The notes under the pieces were generated by a model. That model searched no databases. It saw nothing but the letters and a program-made list of their open reading frames with translations, and was not told the DNA's origin. The position numbers and the translations under genes are program-made. Below, piece by piece: positions 49,126 to 62,425 of a DNA stretch of 64,000 nucleotides. This stretch comes from Octopus sinensis (taxonomy: Eukaryota): assembly GCF_006345805.1 (NCBI RefSeq), contig NC_043003.1:106020001-106084000 (forward strand), written 5' to 3'. The first letter of the stretch is position 1. Every line of letters begins with the position of its first letter.

Positions 49126-49528
49126 CGCCTGCGTCTTATGATTTACTACCGTTTACATTTCGAATTATATAATAATAATATTAGGGAGTAAATTCCACCA
49201 GGATCACCCATATCCTTCATTCTTTCGAGATCGATAAAATGAAAAACCAGTGAAGCACTGGGGTCAGTGTTCTCTCAAAATTGTTTGCATTGAATCCTGA
49301 ACGGGATCGGCGTCCCGTTTTGAGAAATGTTCTGATCTCGGACACTTATACGCCATTGAAACTGAGTAACCGTTCTTATGAGTCACAGGGCTCAATATAA
49401 AAAAACTTGTATATCAAAACCGCTTTGTCCGATGTTTACTTGAGATAGTGAATGTGATTTCAGGGTGATTTGGTTGCTATTTTAGATCTAGCAAATCCTA
49501 GGTGGTTTCATTATACTAATGCAAATAA

Positions 49529-50078
49529 GGCGGCGAGCTGGCAGAAACGTTAGCACGCCGGGCGAAATGCTCAGCAGTATTTCGTCTGTCGCTACGTTCT
49601 GAGTTCAAATTCCGCCGAGGTCGACTTTGCCTTTCATCCTTTCGAGGTCGATTAAATAAGTACCAGTTACGCACTGGGGTCGATATAATCGACTTAATCC
49701 GTTTGTCTGTCCTTGTTTGTCTTCTCTGTGTTTAGCCCATTGTGGGTAGTAAAGAAATAGGTATTTCGTCTGTCTTTACTGAGTTCAAATTCTGTCGAGG
49801 TCGACTTTGCTTTCATCCTTTCGAGGTCAATAAATTAAGTACCGGTTGCATACTAGTGTTGATCTAATTGACTGGCCTTCTCTCCCCAAATTTCGGGCCT
49901 TGTGCCTAGATTAGAAAAAAACGTTAGCACGCCGGGAAAAATGCTTAATAAATAAAAAAAAAATTCCGCCGAGGTCGACTTTGCCTTTCATCCTTTCGGG
50001 GTTGATAAATTAAGTACCAGTTACGCACTGGGGTCGATATAATCCACTTAATCCGATTGCTGTCCTTGTTTGTCCTCA
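49529..50078 (+). mobile_element. SINE A multimer
   Basis: Three consecutive family A bodies with both tail types. Confidence 0.85.
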
Positions 50079-50479
50079 AGTATGGCTACACATTACTCAA
50101 ATGGTATTTATTAATTTATTTCATCAATCACTTAAGGGTGGAAGACAAAAAGGACCACTGAACTTAAATGCAGTCCTTCTCAACTCTAAAAAGCCATTGC
50201 CCTTCTTATAATCCTATTATAATGAAGCTTATGTAAATATATGCCTATAAGTCACCGAAACACTGCTATCTCTTCTCACCATCTATCGTATCCTCCCTGA
50301 GTAATTAAAACATCGACACATCGACACTCAGATCGTTCGTGTCTTTGAAGTAATGGAACAGAAGTAACTCGTACTCCTTATCTAGGTTGACTGTACACAT
50401 TACAAATTTGTGATCTGCATAGCCAACCACGTTGATTCGTCAGCAACCTATGTTACCTTTATTTACTGGCCTACTGACT

Positions 50480-50870
50480 GACCCGATGTGGTTTGTCCAT
50501 GGCCACACTGGCACATTGAGGAAATCTTGTCGCTACTTGTCGATCAGTTGAAACGATTGAGTAGGTTTGGAGGCCTTTACACCCCCTCTCTTATCAGCTA
50601 ATCCAACACACTCCAGACATGCATCCAAGATAGCATTCCAGTCGCCCACTAGGACTTATATACCTGAGGAAATCTGACTTTCCCATTCCAGCCGGGGTAC
50701 ACACAACGACTGGTTTAAAGGTACTAGTGTCCAGGATACCCAGTTTCCGTCCAGGAAGATCGACCTTACCTTAAGGTCCAGGCCTTTCCGAAACAGCACT
50801 GCTATCCCTCTCCCATTTCGGGTTCAGTAATGCTTCTGTCAGTCGCCCCAGAACAAATGATAATGCTGAA
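50480..50870 (-). mobile_element. Tx1/L1 APE endonuclease remnant
   Basis: GIAVLFRKGLDLKVRSIFLD and VLVGDWNAILD readable across frameshifts. Confidence 0.6.
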
Positions 50871-51484
50871 AAGAACTTCTCTCGCTGGTACAAGGCCATA
50901 CATATAAATGATAAAACAGATTTACTAATACAATGGCGAAAATGTGAAAGAATCTGTCTAGAATGTTCTCAAAATAGAAACTGTTGATTCTAATGAACCT
51001 TGGTTACAACGAGAAGTACGTGAAGCATATTTTTACGGAAATCATTTAAAAAATAATGAGATTGAAACCTTTCCAGAGAACATTTAAAGCGCGAAGCAGT
51101 GGGGTAAAATAAATATTTAATAAATGAACAAAGTTTTCTCAGTGAAATCTTAACAGTTAAGAGAACAAGTTAGCTGTAGCATAAAAAGAGAAGTACGTAG
51201 GAAATAATATAAAATTAATGGTTGATGTCCTTAGCAACCAATTGGTGTGATCTAGAGCTTGTCAAACAAGTAAACAAAGCCATAATATTTTTTAACCTCC
51301 TGTTTAGTTACTTTTAGTGTTTTATTGTTATCAAAGCCATCTGCTCGGCCCCGAAATAACAGCGAAATAAGTGATAAATATAATCATTTATTGCTTTCAA
51401 GAGGAAGAGGTTTGCTCAAACTCTGAAGATACTCCTAAAATAGGATTGTCGTATATAAAATGAGGCTGATACAATTTATATAAA

Positions 51485-51860
51485 TTCTTTTCTACTCTAG
51501 GCACAATGCCCGAAATTTTGGGATTAGATCGACCCCAGTACGCAACTGGTACTTAGTTTATCGACCCCCGAAATGCAAAATCGACCTCGACAGAATTTGA
51601 ACTCAGAGCATAAAGCCAGATGAAATACCTATTTCTTTACTACCCACAAGGGGCTAAACACAGAGGAGACAAACAAGGACAGACAAACGGATTAAGTCGA
51701 TTACATCGACCCCAGTGCGTAACTGGTATTTATTTAATCGACCCTGAAAGGGTGAAAGGCAAAGTCGACCTCGGCGAAATTTGAACTCAGAACGTAACGG
51801 CAGACGAAATACTGCTGAGCATTTCGCCCGGCGTGCTAACGTTTCTGCCAGCTCGCCGCC
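51485..51860 (-). mobile_element. SINE A dimer
   Basis: Reverse complement of family A. Confidence 0.88.
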
Positions 51861-52301
51861 TCACGATTAATATAAATGAATATTGATACAGTAAATATTA
51901 GTTAATATTAAAGCGGTAAGCTGGTAGCACGCCGGACAAAATACTTAGCGGCATTTCGTCCGTCTTTACCGCTACATTCTGGGTTCAAATTCCGCTGGCG
52001 TCGACTTTATCATCATTTCGAGGTTGATAAAATAAATCCTTATAGGACACTGGAGTCGATGTAATCAAGTTAACCCCTACCCAGAAGTTGCTGGCCTTGT
52101 ACAAAACTTTTTTTCAATTAATATTAAGGCGGCGAACTGGTGTAATCGTAAGCTGGACAAAATGCTTGGCGGTATTCCATCAGTCTTCATGTTCTGAGTC
52201 CAAATTCGTTTGCCTACAATTAGTCTCCTTACTCCTCTCCTTAGTACTATTAACCACTTCTTTCTGCACAGTATTATTTGACGTTATCTATTTGCGTTAC
52301 A

Positions 52302-52680
52302 TGGCGGCACAATGGCCCAGTGGTTAGGGCAGCGGACTCGCTGTTATGGGATTACGGTTTCGATTCCCAGGCCGGGCGTTGTGAGTGTTTATTGAGTGAA
52401 AACACCTTAAAGCTCCACGATGCTCCGGCAGGGGGTGGTGGCGAACCCCGCTGTACTCTTTCACCACAACTTTCTCACTCTTTCTTCCTGTTTCTGTTGT
52501 ACCTGTATTTCAAAAGGCCAGCCTTGTCACACACTATGTCACACTGAATCTTCCCAAGAACTACGTTAAGAGGTACACGTGTCTGTGGAGTGCTCAACCA
52601 CTTGCACGTTAATTTCACGAGCAGGCTGTTCCGTTGATCGGATCAACTGGAACACTCATCGGCATCACCGACGGAGTGCC
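52302..52680 (+). mobile_element. SINE C full length
   Basis: Family C head and tail. Confidence 0.9.
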
Positions 52681-53189
52681 TCGATAACGATTTGCCTTAC
52701 ATGTTCCTCACAGTATAATACATCTAATGTCTTAGACACTTAATCAGTTTCCTCTCATTTGGTGCGCCAATCTTTCAAGTTTCTTACATATCCAATGCAT
52801 CAGCCTCAGAGAATTCGCTTTTGATCAGTATATGTCCTTTTTCATTCATAGTCAATTTATTGCTATTTACTGTGTGCGTCCTGGCCTTAGAATACGTACA
52901 CCATGTTCTGTGTGATGTAGCTGCCAGCTAAAATGGTTAACGACAGAATGGGCGTTTTTGGTAGGTAAAACACCACCCGAAGAAAAATATTCATCCAACC
53001 CATACCAGAGACGAAAAAGCAGACACATGACGATGATGACAGCGGCGGCGGCGGCGGAGTCGATAAACTAAGTACTAGGTGAGCACAGAGGTTGATGTAA
53101 TCGACTTACTCCCCTCCTCCAGAACTGCTGGCCTTGTGCTGAAAATTTAAAACCAGAATGTGTTGATATTTATGAAGTGAAGTTAGAAA

Positions 53190-53405
53190 GGCGGCGAGCT
53201 GGCAAAAACGTTAGCATGCCGGGTGAAATGCTTAGCGGCATTTCGTCTGTCTTTATGTTCTGAGTCCAATTTCTGCCGAGGTCAACTTTGCCTGTCATCC
53301 TTTCGGGGTCGATAAATTAAGTACTAGTTACGTACTAGTATCGATCTAATCGACTGGCCCCCTCCCCCAAAATATCGGGCCTTGTGCCTAGAGTAGAAAA
53401 GAATA
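53190..53405 (+). mobile_element. SINE A monomer, alternative tail
   Basis: Head ggcggcgagctggc; tail ggccccctccccaaaatatcgggccttgtgcc. Confidence 0.88.
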
Positions 53406-53989
53406 TTTATGAAGTTAATGTCATCTAATATTTATGCACGAGGGAGAGGCGGTGGAGTGACAGAAGCAGTCTAATTACGTTGAAGTAATTATTTATAGCG
53501 GTTTGCATTTTAAGTTCAAACCCCACTGACATTATCTTAATTTTCATCCTTCCTGGGATAGATGGAAATATGTATGTGAAACAGAGAAAACGGGATATAA
53601 TCGGAACGATTCAAAAGTGAAAAATACATTGTATTTATGCCGCCTTGACATGGTGGCTGGAATGGTAAATCATCTTAATTTATTTCCTTATAGAATTTAA
53701 TTTCAGTTTAAATTACATAGAGCTTCCATCCGTTCGGTATTGGTACACCCGGATAGAGTATGTATGCCTTTTATATTTTACTTGCTTCAGTCATTGGGAA
53801 GCGGTCATACCGAGGCGCCGCTTTGAAAAGTTTCAATCTAGCAAATCACCCCCAACAGACCTATCTTTAAACCTGGAATTTTACTTTATCGGTTTCTTTT
53901 ACCGAACCGCTAGGTTATGGGGACGTACACAAGCAGTGGCAACAAACATAAACATGCATACATTTATTTATATATATAAATAAATATTA

Positions 53990-54140
53990 GTTGAAATTTA
54001 TAGAAAGATAAAAGACGAAGACAGGTGTATGAACGACAAACAAGTGTATTAGTTTGACACTCGGGAAAATGAAATGGTCTTTTATGTTTCGAGCCTACGC
54101 TCTTCAACAGAAGGGAATAAGAGAAAATAAATAGGAGAAT
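53990..54140 (-). mobile_element. PLE terminal repeat fragment
   Basis: Homologous to 57780-57960 and 20560-20830. Confidence 0.6.
54078..54115 (-). ncRNA. Degenerate copy of the A6U hammerhead-like motif
   Basis: CUGUUGA-A-GAGC(GUAG)GCUC-GAAA-CAUA; stems I and III decayed. Confidence 0.55.
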
Positions 54141-54615
54141 GGGGGGGGAGCATCAAATACTTAATTTACTTAATTATATTACATGAAAGTCTACGTGGCT
54201 ATAACTACATCAAAATTTACTGAGACATTTCTTAGATAATAGCATCCCTGGAATAATATATCCGTACGATGACTTAAGACCTGATATTTTGGGGCGAGGG
54301 TTCTTCTTCGTAAAATTACAAGTAGGTTGGATGTCAGTGATTCATTGTTCCAACCTATTTCACATGTAGTCTACGAAGAACCTTATCTGAAAACTTAAAA
54401 TTCCAAACTCTTCGCGTTCTTGAACCTTACTTTATATTTTACGAATTATATTTTGAAAATATTTTCCCTTTCCCGAAGCAAGCCATCTTTAGTTTTTACG
54501 GATATTTTCCTATTCCGTATATTTTGGTAAAGACACCGTATGGTCTTTCTGGTAGCTATAACCACTTATTCATTAGGGAAGAAACCCGTAAAGAGGAGAG
54601 AACAGAATTGCTCAC

Positions 54616-54640
54616 CGTTTCCGCCAACCGGCGTCAACAT
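54616..54640 (-). CDS. Speculative first coding exon MLTPVGGN(G)
   Basis: gcgccATG context, phase-1 donor G|GTGAGC, locally CpG-richer sequence; linkage to the downstream exons not shown. Confidence 0.25.
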
Positions 54641-55172
54641 GGCGCCTGACCGATCCTTAGGAATCGAAATGAAAACGTATTCGGACGAGCGCGTGAATTC
54701 ATACCTTTTATTGATGGTCACACTCCGATGATTGGGAACAGTAAAAGAACAACCCAGTACACGCGCACGCACGCACACCTGCACACACACCTACACACAC
54801 ACATATATACATGGTTGTGTGTGGAGGTGTAAACGATACGTGATTGTTAATACGAATTCATAACAAGAAAAACAACACGCTCCATCATGATAATCGAATC
54901 ACTTAATTCCCCTCCAGTTTAGCGATCAAAACTTCTAACATTACAAGAAAGAGGTTGACTAGAGGGAGAAAAAAAGGAAAGACCTAATCTAGAATGAACA
55001 ATCACTCCCTTCCGCCGCCTCTCTGCAATATGTTCTATAAATGGTTTGTCAGTTAAACAAGATATGTGACTTGATTTCCGTGAGAGTTTTAATTACGGTT
55101 CTAGAAATTATCATTACAAACTTGTAGTACTGGCGTAGTATTTTCGGCGATTATCTACACTATGAGAGAGTG

Positions 55173-55277
55173 GGCTGACTATAGGTTCGTAGGCTGACTA
55201 TAGGTTCGTAGGCTGACTATAGGTTCGTAGGCTGACTATAGGTTCGTAGGCTGACTATAGGTTCGTAGGCTGACTAT
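55173..55277. repeat. 19-bp tandem repeat aggttcgtaggctgactat x5.5
   Basis: Five identical units at the left mariner terminus. Confidence 0.95.
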
Positions 55278-56016
55278 GAAGGAGTGAGGTTAGAGCCGTG
55301 AAGTCTTTCATACGTTAATTTCAACTGTATTTATTAATAACTGCGTCGTTTCTTTCCAGTTAAACTGACATCTTACTGTTCAGAGAAGACTTCCAAAGTA
55401 ACAAGTAGCGACTTCTCTTGAAAATGGGCTTAATTTGGTATCGTGTTGTTATCAAGTACCCACAGAAAAAGGGTTTGGTTCCCAAGAACGTTCATCCCGA
55501 CGTAGTTACTACATTAGAGAATGGCACTCCAAGGTTCTCAACTGTGCGAAAGTGGACAGCTGAACTGAGGGGGGGGGGCAGGGAAAGTCTTGAAGATGAC
55601 CAAGAGTCTGGACGTTCAGCAACTGTCACCACCGGGGGGAAAAAAATGATCGTGTTTACCGCATGGTAATGCATGATTGGTGACTGACTATAATTCAAAT
55701 ATCTATTGCTATTAGCATATCCCATGAGAAAGTTGAGAATATTCTGCACCATGAGTTTCGCATGCGAAGATTTCTACTCGGCGGGTGTCACGTTTTCTGA
55801 TTTAAAAACCAGTCTGTGCAGAAGAAATACTCCCACCTCACCTGCTCCAGAGAAGGCCATGCTCGTTTCATCTGCAAAGAAGGTGATGGCTTCAGTAGGT
55901 TTTTTTTTGGGGGGGGGGGACGAATCTAAAAGGTATTGTTTATTGAGTTATCTTCGAAAGGGCCACACTGTCAAAAGAAAGTACTGTGCTAACTTGCTGA
56001 GGTAGTTAGGAAAGTC

Positions 56017-56244
56017 GGCGAGCTGGCAGAATCGTTAGCACGCCGGGCGAAATGCTTAGTGGTATTTCACCTGTCGCAACGTTGTGAGTTCAAATTCCGC
56101 CGAGGTCGGCTTTGCCTTTCACCCTTTCGGGGTCGATTAAATAAATACCAGTTACGCACTGGGGGTCGATATAATCGACTTAATCCGTTTGTCTACCCTT
56201 GTTTGTCCTCTCTGTGTTTAGCCCCTTGTGGGTGGTAAAGAAAC
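56017..56244 (+). mobile_element. SINE A monomer inserted in mariner
   Basis: 17-bp TSD aggtagttaggaaagtc (56000-56016 / 56245-56261). Confidence 0.92.
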
Positions 56245-56718
56245 AGGTAGTTAGGAAAGTCTGTCAAGAGCAAACTGACAAAAGGGGCCTTGTTTCATCA
56301 GGACAATGCTCTAACACACACGTTTTTGCTTTCAGTTGTTGCTGTGCATGATTGTGGCTTTGAACTGGTTGATCCCTGTCTCTCTTTTCCCGATTTGGAC
56401 TCCATTTGACATTTACCTGTTTCCCAACGGGAAAAGACGCAGAGTGGAAACCAGTGTCACAATGATGATGACGTCACGTCTGCTGTTAGATGTTGTTGTT
56501 GTTGATGACTTGTTTGAGCAACCAGATTACAGCTTATTCACCAATGCAACACCGATAAAAGAAGTGTGTGGACAGCGGGGGGGGGGGGGGCTGTTGAAAA
56601 ATAAACCTCATTTGGTCACATTCCATGAGAGTATTTTGGTCAGCCTATGAACTTTTCAACCGCCCCTTGCGCGCGCATGTGTATGCGTGCATATATACAC
56701 TTATATATACACTTATCT

Positions 56719-56779
<61 letters not shown>

Positions 56780-56994
56780 GTTAATAAATAAAATACATAC
56801 ATACATATATGTACGTACCTACATCTACATGTATATATACATGCATATATAAATATATATACGTGTGTACAGGACACCACAAATAGACGTAGAGCTCAAT
56901 GAGAAACGAAAACGTAAAAACAAACATGGAAACGGACCTTTTTTTTTAACAAGGAAAAAACAGAGTACAAGACAACAACACATGGAAAAAAATA

Positions 56995-57035
<41 letters not shown>

Positions 57036-57704
57036 CAATCTCTATCTCTCTATCTCTGTCTCTCTAGCTCTCTGTCTCTTTAGCTCTCTCTAGCTCTCTA
57101 TCTATCTATCCATCCATTTTTATTCTGATGGTTAATCTTATATCTCACATTCTGTATTTGACATATACTTGATTTTACATGATTGATATATATATACTAA
57201 TTCATATTTATAATGTATAATTTATAAATTTTAATTCTTAATATTACAAAGTATAATTTTTATTCTTAATTTTTAATTCGTAATTTTTAATCTTTAACGC
57301 TTAATCGTATTGCTTATTTTAAAGGGATGAAAAAATTGGATATATAATATTTTGAAATAGAACCTGAAGGTGTATTGGAATACATGTAAATCTGACGATT
57401 GCATATATGTATTTATATATGTATATATATGCGTATACAGTCGTGTATATGTATATATATTGTAATCTTCCAATACTGAAATACGTGTAGTTCCTTCATA
57501 TTTAATAAACATAGATATCAACTACAAAGTATGATATAATTAATGAAGTACATTATATACCCAGCTGGAAATTTTGGTTATATCCTTTAAGTATTATCTC
57601 GTGATGTGCAAACTGATATCATGAGATTACTGTAAGATATACTCATTGGGTTATGTTTTGTATTATCTGAAATAGAATACCCGCATATCGATTAATCCCC
57701 CAAG

Positions 57705-57779
<75 letters not shown>

Positions 57780-57960
57780 CGGGAAGCTTTATGAAAATAA
57801 ACAAAAGACGAAGGCAGGTGGAAAACAAACGAACAATTGTATTAGTATGGCGCTCAGGAAAATAAATAAAACAAGTCTTTAACGTTTCGAGCCTACGCTC
57901 TTCAACAGAAAGATACACAGAGAGAGAAAAACACAGAAAGAAGGAGAGAAACAAAATGCG
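57780..57960 (-). mobile_element. PLE terminal repeat fragment between two (TA)n tracts
   Basis: Homologous to 53990-54140; contains the A6U hammerhead motif. Confidence 0.65.
57876..57913 (-). ncRNA. Hammerhead-like motif, A6U core variant
   Basis: UCUUU-CUGUUGA-A-GAGC(GUAG)GCUC-GAAA-CGUU^-AAAGA: 5-bp stem I, 4-bp stem II, ACGU palindrome. Confidence 0.7.
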
Positions 57961-57987
57961 TGCAGTAGCTATATATATATTATATAT

Positions 57988-58064
<77 letters not shown>

Positions 58065-58516
58065 GATAGATAGATAGATAGATAGATAGAATATCTATGG
58101 ATAAGGATGATAGATTATACTAGAAACTTTATTTATCACAACGATCTTTCAATGCCTCCTGCATCATTACCCCGCGGGTGGGAAGCTGTACAATGAATTT
58201 CCGTGTGTGTCATCTGGTGATCTAATATAGTTTCTCGTTACACGAGTCATGCTTCGGTCTTAAGATGAGCCAGAGCATGTGGATAGCAGTCGTAGGTAAA
58301 ATACATTGACAAAAGATGTGCCGAAACGATCGTTGTGATATATAAAGTTTCTCTTGTTTCTATTATACCCAGCGTACACTTAGGAATTACTAATGTAGAT
58401 TCAGCGACGATTGTGCAATTACCATGGATGACGCTAGGTAGCCATAGGCAGTGAAGGTGCTTTGTCAGCATACTACTAGGGATATACCCAACACGTACAT
58501 TTTTAATTTAATTTTA

Positions 58517-58547
<31 letters not shown>

Positions 58548-58802
58548 GATGATGATGATACTGAAATTTTATGGTTTTTGAAAAATCGATACTGATTAAA
58601 AATCAATTTTTAAACATTCCAACTGCGTAAGTGACCGCAGAGGCATAATCCCACACTTCAAGTTTCATCAAGGTCTGTTGGATAACCTCGGAGGAGTTAA
58701 GTAACAAACTCACAACTTGCCATTTATTATATATATATATTATATATATATATTATATATATATATATATTATATATATATATATATATATATCTATAAT
58801 AT

Positions 58803-59160
58803 ATGAAAGGTGAATTCCAGAAGTTCTGATACTTTTTTGAGGTGAAGCATTTATTGCTTTCTAACAAGTACAAAACTCTAATCTCCTTCAAAATAGGATT
58901 TTCTGACCTCGATGCACTTGTTGTAGCGCTCCGGCCATTTCTTAATTGCACCATGGAGGTACTTCAAAGTGTTCTGGACCATTGTCACAGCCTTTTTCAT
59001 CTAAAAGTGTCTTTAAAGTGACTTCCGCTGAGGTTCTTCTTCAGCCGGGAGAACAACCGAACGTCACAGGTTGTAAGATCTAAACTGTAGGGAAGGTGAA
59101 GGGCAGTTTCGCTGCCCTTCCCTGTTAAGTCGTATATTACCAGGATGGAAATTAATTATA
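58803..59160 (-). mobile_element. Mariner 3' fragment
   Basis: IKKWPERYNKCIEVRKSYFEGD* on the minus strand. Confidence 0.65.
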
Positions 59161-60159
59161 CAGTTCTGATTCGATTTGTTTTACTAAAACCCTTCAAGGT
59201 GGTGTCCCACCAAGGCCACAGTCCAATGACTGAATCAAGTAAAAGATAAAAGGCATACTAACTATTAAGCGAAGAGGGTCTCTATAGACTTTTCGGAATT
59301 CTCCTACACAACGCCCCCTCAAAGAAAATAGTATCTGGACAATATTGTCGTGTGGTGTGTGGGGGGGGGGAGACAAAGCTCCCACATTTTCGGTCCTCTT
59401 TCTTTCCAAGAATGCACACATTCAGCACACTTCTTTCAAATTTTCTGTCTTCTTCGTGACATACAGTCATGGACACAATTTCCATGGTGGTGAAGGGGTC
59501 CATGGATAGGTGATCGCTCGATCAGTTTTGTGACATATCTACAGACTGAACAATGTGAGGCAGCGAGCTGGCACAGTCGTTACTGTATCAGACAAGATGC
59601 TTAACGGGATTTTTTTCCGGCTCGTTACATTATGAGTTCAAATGCCACCAAGGTCGACTTTGTGTTTCGTAACTTTCGGTGTCGATAAAATTCGAACCTG
59701 TTGAGCATTGGAGTCGATGTAATCGACTAGCCCTCTCCCCTCTCCCCCCCCAAAGTTACTGGCTAATTCCTCATCTCTTAAATATAGAACTGAATCCAAA
59801 GATAGTCCCGAACTCCGAAAACTCTTCAGGATTTCTTTCTGTCTTTTTTTCTTTCTTTTTGTCACTCTCCATGTTTCTCTGTCTCTCTCTCTCTGCCTAT
59901 CTCTCTGTCTTTCGTTCTGTCTCCCTGTCTATCTCAGCCCCCCCTCTCTCTCTCACACACATTCTCTCTCGCCTCCCCCTTTTGGGATCTACTACACTCT
60001 AGTTTTTGGGAACATGATACGGTACGTTACATTTATGTATATACAGAAATAGATATACAAATTTACATGCATCCATACATAATATATACATACACACACG
60101 CTTACACACACACACACGAGCGCGCATACTTATACATACATACATGATGAAAAGGAATG

Positions 60160-60623
60160 CTGATGGAATGTCCCAGTGAAGACCTCAATAAAATGTAAGC
60201 ACAACAGAACTGACATAATGATTTGGGATAGAGAAGGGAAACTGTTCACACTTGTGGAAATCAGCTGCCCAGAGGATGTTAACATAAAGCTGAAGATCAG
60301 TGGAAGAAAGAATACCTATGCTGAACTATTGAGAAGTCTATCCAGTTTTCAAGTTCAGGTTTACACCTGTAATTAATTATTGAGGCCCTTTGAATATGTA
60401 ACACGCTGCCTAAATACCAGTCTTGAGAAATTAGACTTCTCAAAACCAGAAAGGAGAAAGCTAATTCGAAGACTACAAATCCAATCCATCACTGGAACTG
60501 TAAAAATCTGTAAAACTTTCCAGAAGTTTAACATTTAAGTATATATGAGCATGTCTAGATATGTAACTATATGCATGAGAATACATACATAAAACACACA
60601 TAATACATACATACATACATACA

Positions 60624-60657
<34 letters not shown>

Positions 60658-60700
60658 CATACATACATACATACATACATACATACATACAAACAAAAAT
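60160..60700 (+). mobile_element. R4/Dong-like LINE 3' end with (TACA)n tail
   Basis: HNRTDIMIWDREGKLFTLVEISCPEDVNIKLK; homologous to 45600-45860. Confidence 0.8.
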
Positions 60701-60810
60701 ACCCCGCTGTTGATGTTGAAATTCCAATGAAGAATCCTTGAATCTAGATTAGAAACCGGTTCTTTCTCTATTGGCAATCAATCTTGAAATAATCTGAATA
60801 ATCACACATG

Positions 60811-60865
<55 letters not shown>

Positions 60866-61388
60866 GCGTGCGTGTGCTCCTTTGTCACTTCCATTATAGC
60901 TTTGAAAAATAACTCTTAAAATCGAGCTTCACTCTTCAAAGCTTGCACTAGGAATAAGGACAAAAAAAATTGCTATCTGCTTTTATTGCAAGTTGATGCA
61001 GATAGTTAATCCCGTACCCCTCCAACTTTTAGTTCACGCTACTGAAAAAATCGCGTTACTTAAGGGATATAATATATACATAGATGATAAGCAGCCTTCT
61101 TTATTATAGTACAGATGTGACTAATTCGGAGAATTGCTCGCAAAGCGACACTATAATTTTGGTTCAAATTGAAAGTGAAAGTATTTTCACGTTCTAATGA
61201 AACCTGGTCGTTGTAGAGCAGAGTGTTTCATAAACTGAAGCTGGTTGTTGAGATAACAGAGAAAATATGTAAATGAAAAGAAAGATTATTTAATCGCCGA
61301 AAGATTACTGAATCTTTTGATAATCCATACGTCAAAATCGGCGGCTCAGTTTTCGAATGCATGAGGAACATACGCGCACACGCACTCT

Positions 61389-61439
<51 letters not shown>

Positions 61440-61447
<8 letters not shown>

Positions 61448-61585
61448 CGGACTTCTTCCAGTTTCCGTCTACCAAATCCACTCACAAGGCTTTGGTCGGC
61501 CCGAGGCTATAGTAGAAGACACTAGCCCAAGGTGCCTCGCAGTGGGACTGAACCCATGACCATGTGTTTGGTAAGCAAGCTACTT
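61440..61585 (-). mobile_element. SINE B 5' half followed by a very long TA/TACA microsatellite
   Basis: Head and core only. Confidence 0.8.
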
Positions 61586-61589
61586 ACCA

Positions 61590-61637
61590 CACAGCCACTC
61601 CTATATATATGTATATACACACACACACACACACACA

Positions 61638-61689
<52 letters not shown>

Positions 61690-61831
61690 TATATATATAT
61701 ATATATACATATATTATATATACATATATATATATATACAATATACATATATATACATATATATACATATATACATATATATATACATACATATATATAT
61801 ATAATATATATATATATACATATATATATAC

Positions 61832-61862
<31 letters not shown>

Positions 61863-61969
61863 ATATATATATACCTATATACATATATATATACTATATA
61901 CATATATATATATATACAATATATACATATATATATATATACATATATATATATACATATATATATATA

Positions 61970-62002
<33 letters not shown>

Positions 62003-62060
62003 ACACACCACATATATATATATATAATATATATATGTATAATCTTTATATAATATATAT
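61590..62060. repeat. Long TA/CA/TACA low-complexity tract
   Basis: Direct reading. Confidence 0.95.
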
Positions 62061-62307
62061 AAGGTTAGTTGAGTTAAAGGTTGGAGTAACCGTCTAACGA
62101 ATAAAAATATCCGTTTTACTACCGGAATCATTGCCTATGTTAACCCAGGACATATGCAGGTTTATTATGCTCATAGGTTTACAGGTAATGACAAAGATAA
62201 ATATGTGTTTATGAGGAATTAAATTTAAAGTAAACAGTAAATGGAGAAATATTAACAACTGTTGACTAACATCAATTATTACTTTTTAATACAAACAGAC
62301 TGCATTC

Positions 62308-62425
62308 CATCTAACAGCTGTTTCTGCTTCCAGTGGTCTACGGTATTGCCATTGAACATTCTGAAAATAATATTCATTATATTTGGTATCACATCCGATC
62401 TGGAACATGGAGCTTCATCAGAGTG
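62308..62425 (-). ncRNA. Inverted copy of the 63628-63745 hammerhead-like motif
   Basis: Reverse complement is nearly identical to 63628-63745. Confidence 0.45.

Larger units (their letters stand above)
55163..56669 (+). mobile_element. Degenerate mariner interrupted by a SINE A
   Basis: YRVVIKY.QKKGL, FSTVRKWTAEL, SLEDDQESGRS, SAKKVMASV, GALFHQDNA; right end cagcctatgaacttttcaaccgcccct. Confidence 0.85.

Noticed and set aside
52302-52375. tRNA genes at SINE C/D/A heads
   Set aside because: A and B boxes continue directly into SINE bodies and the cloverleaf is incomplete
60715-60770. Hammerhead-like CAAUGAAGA...AGAAACCGGUUC after the R4/Dong tail (similar at 21030)
   Set aside because: Core deviates at several invariant positions and stem I is not convincing
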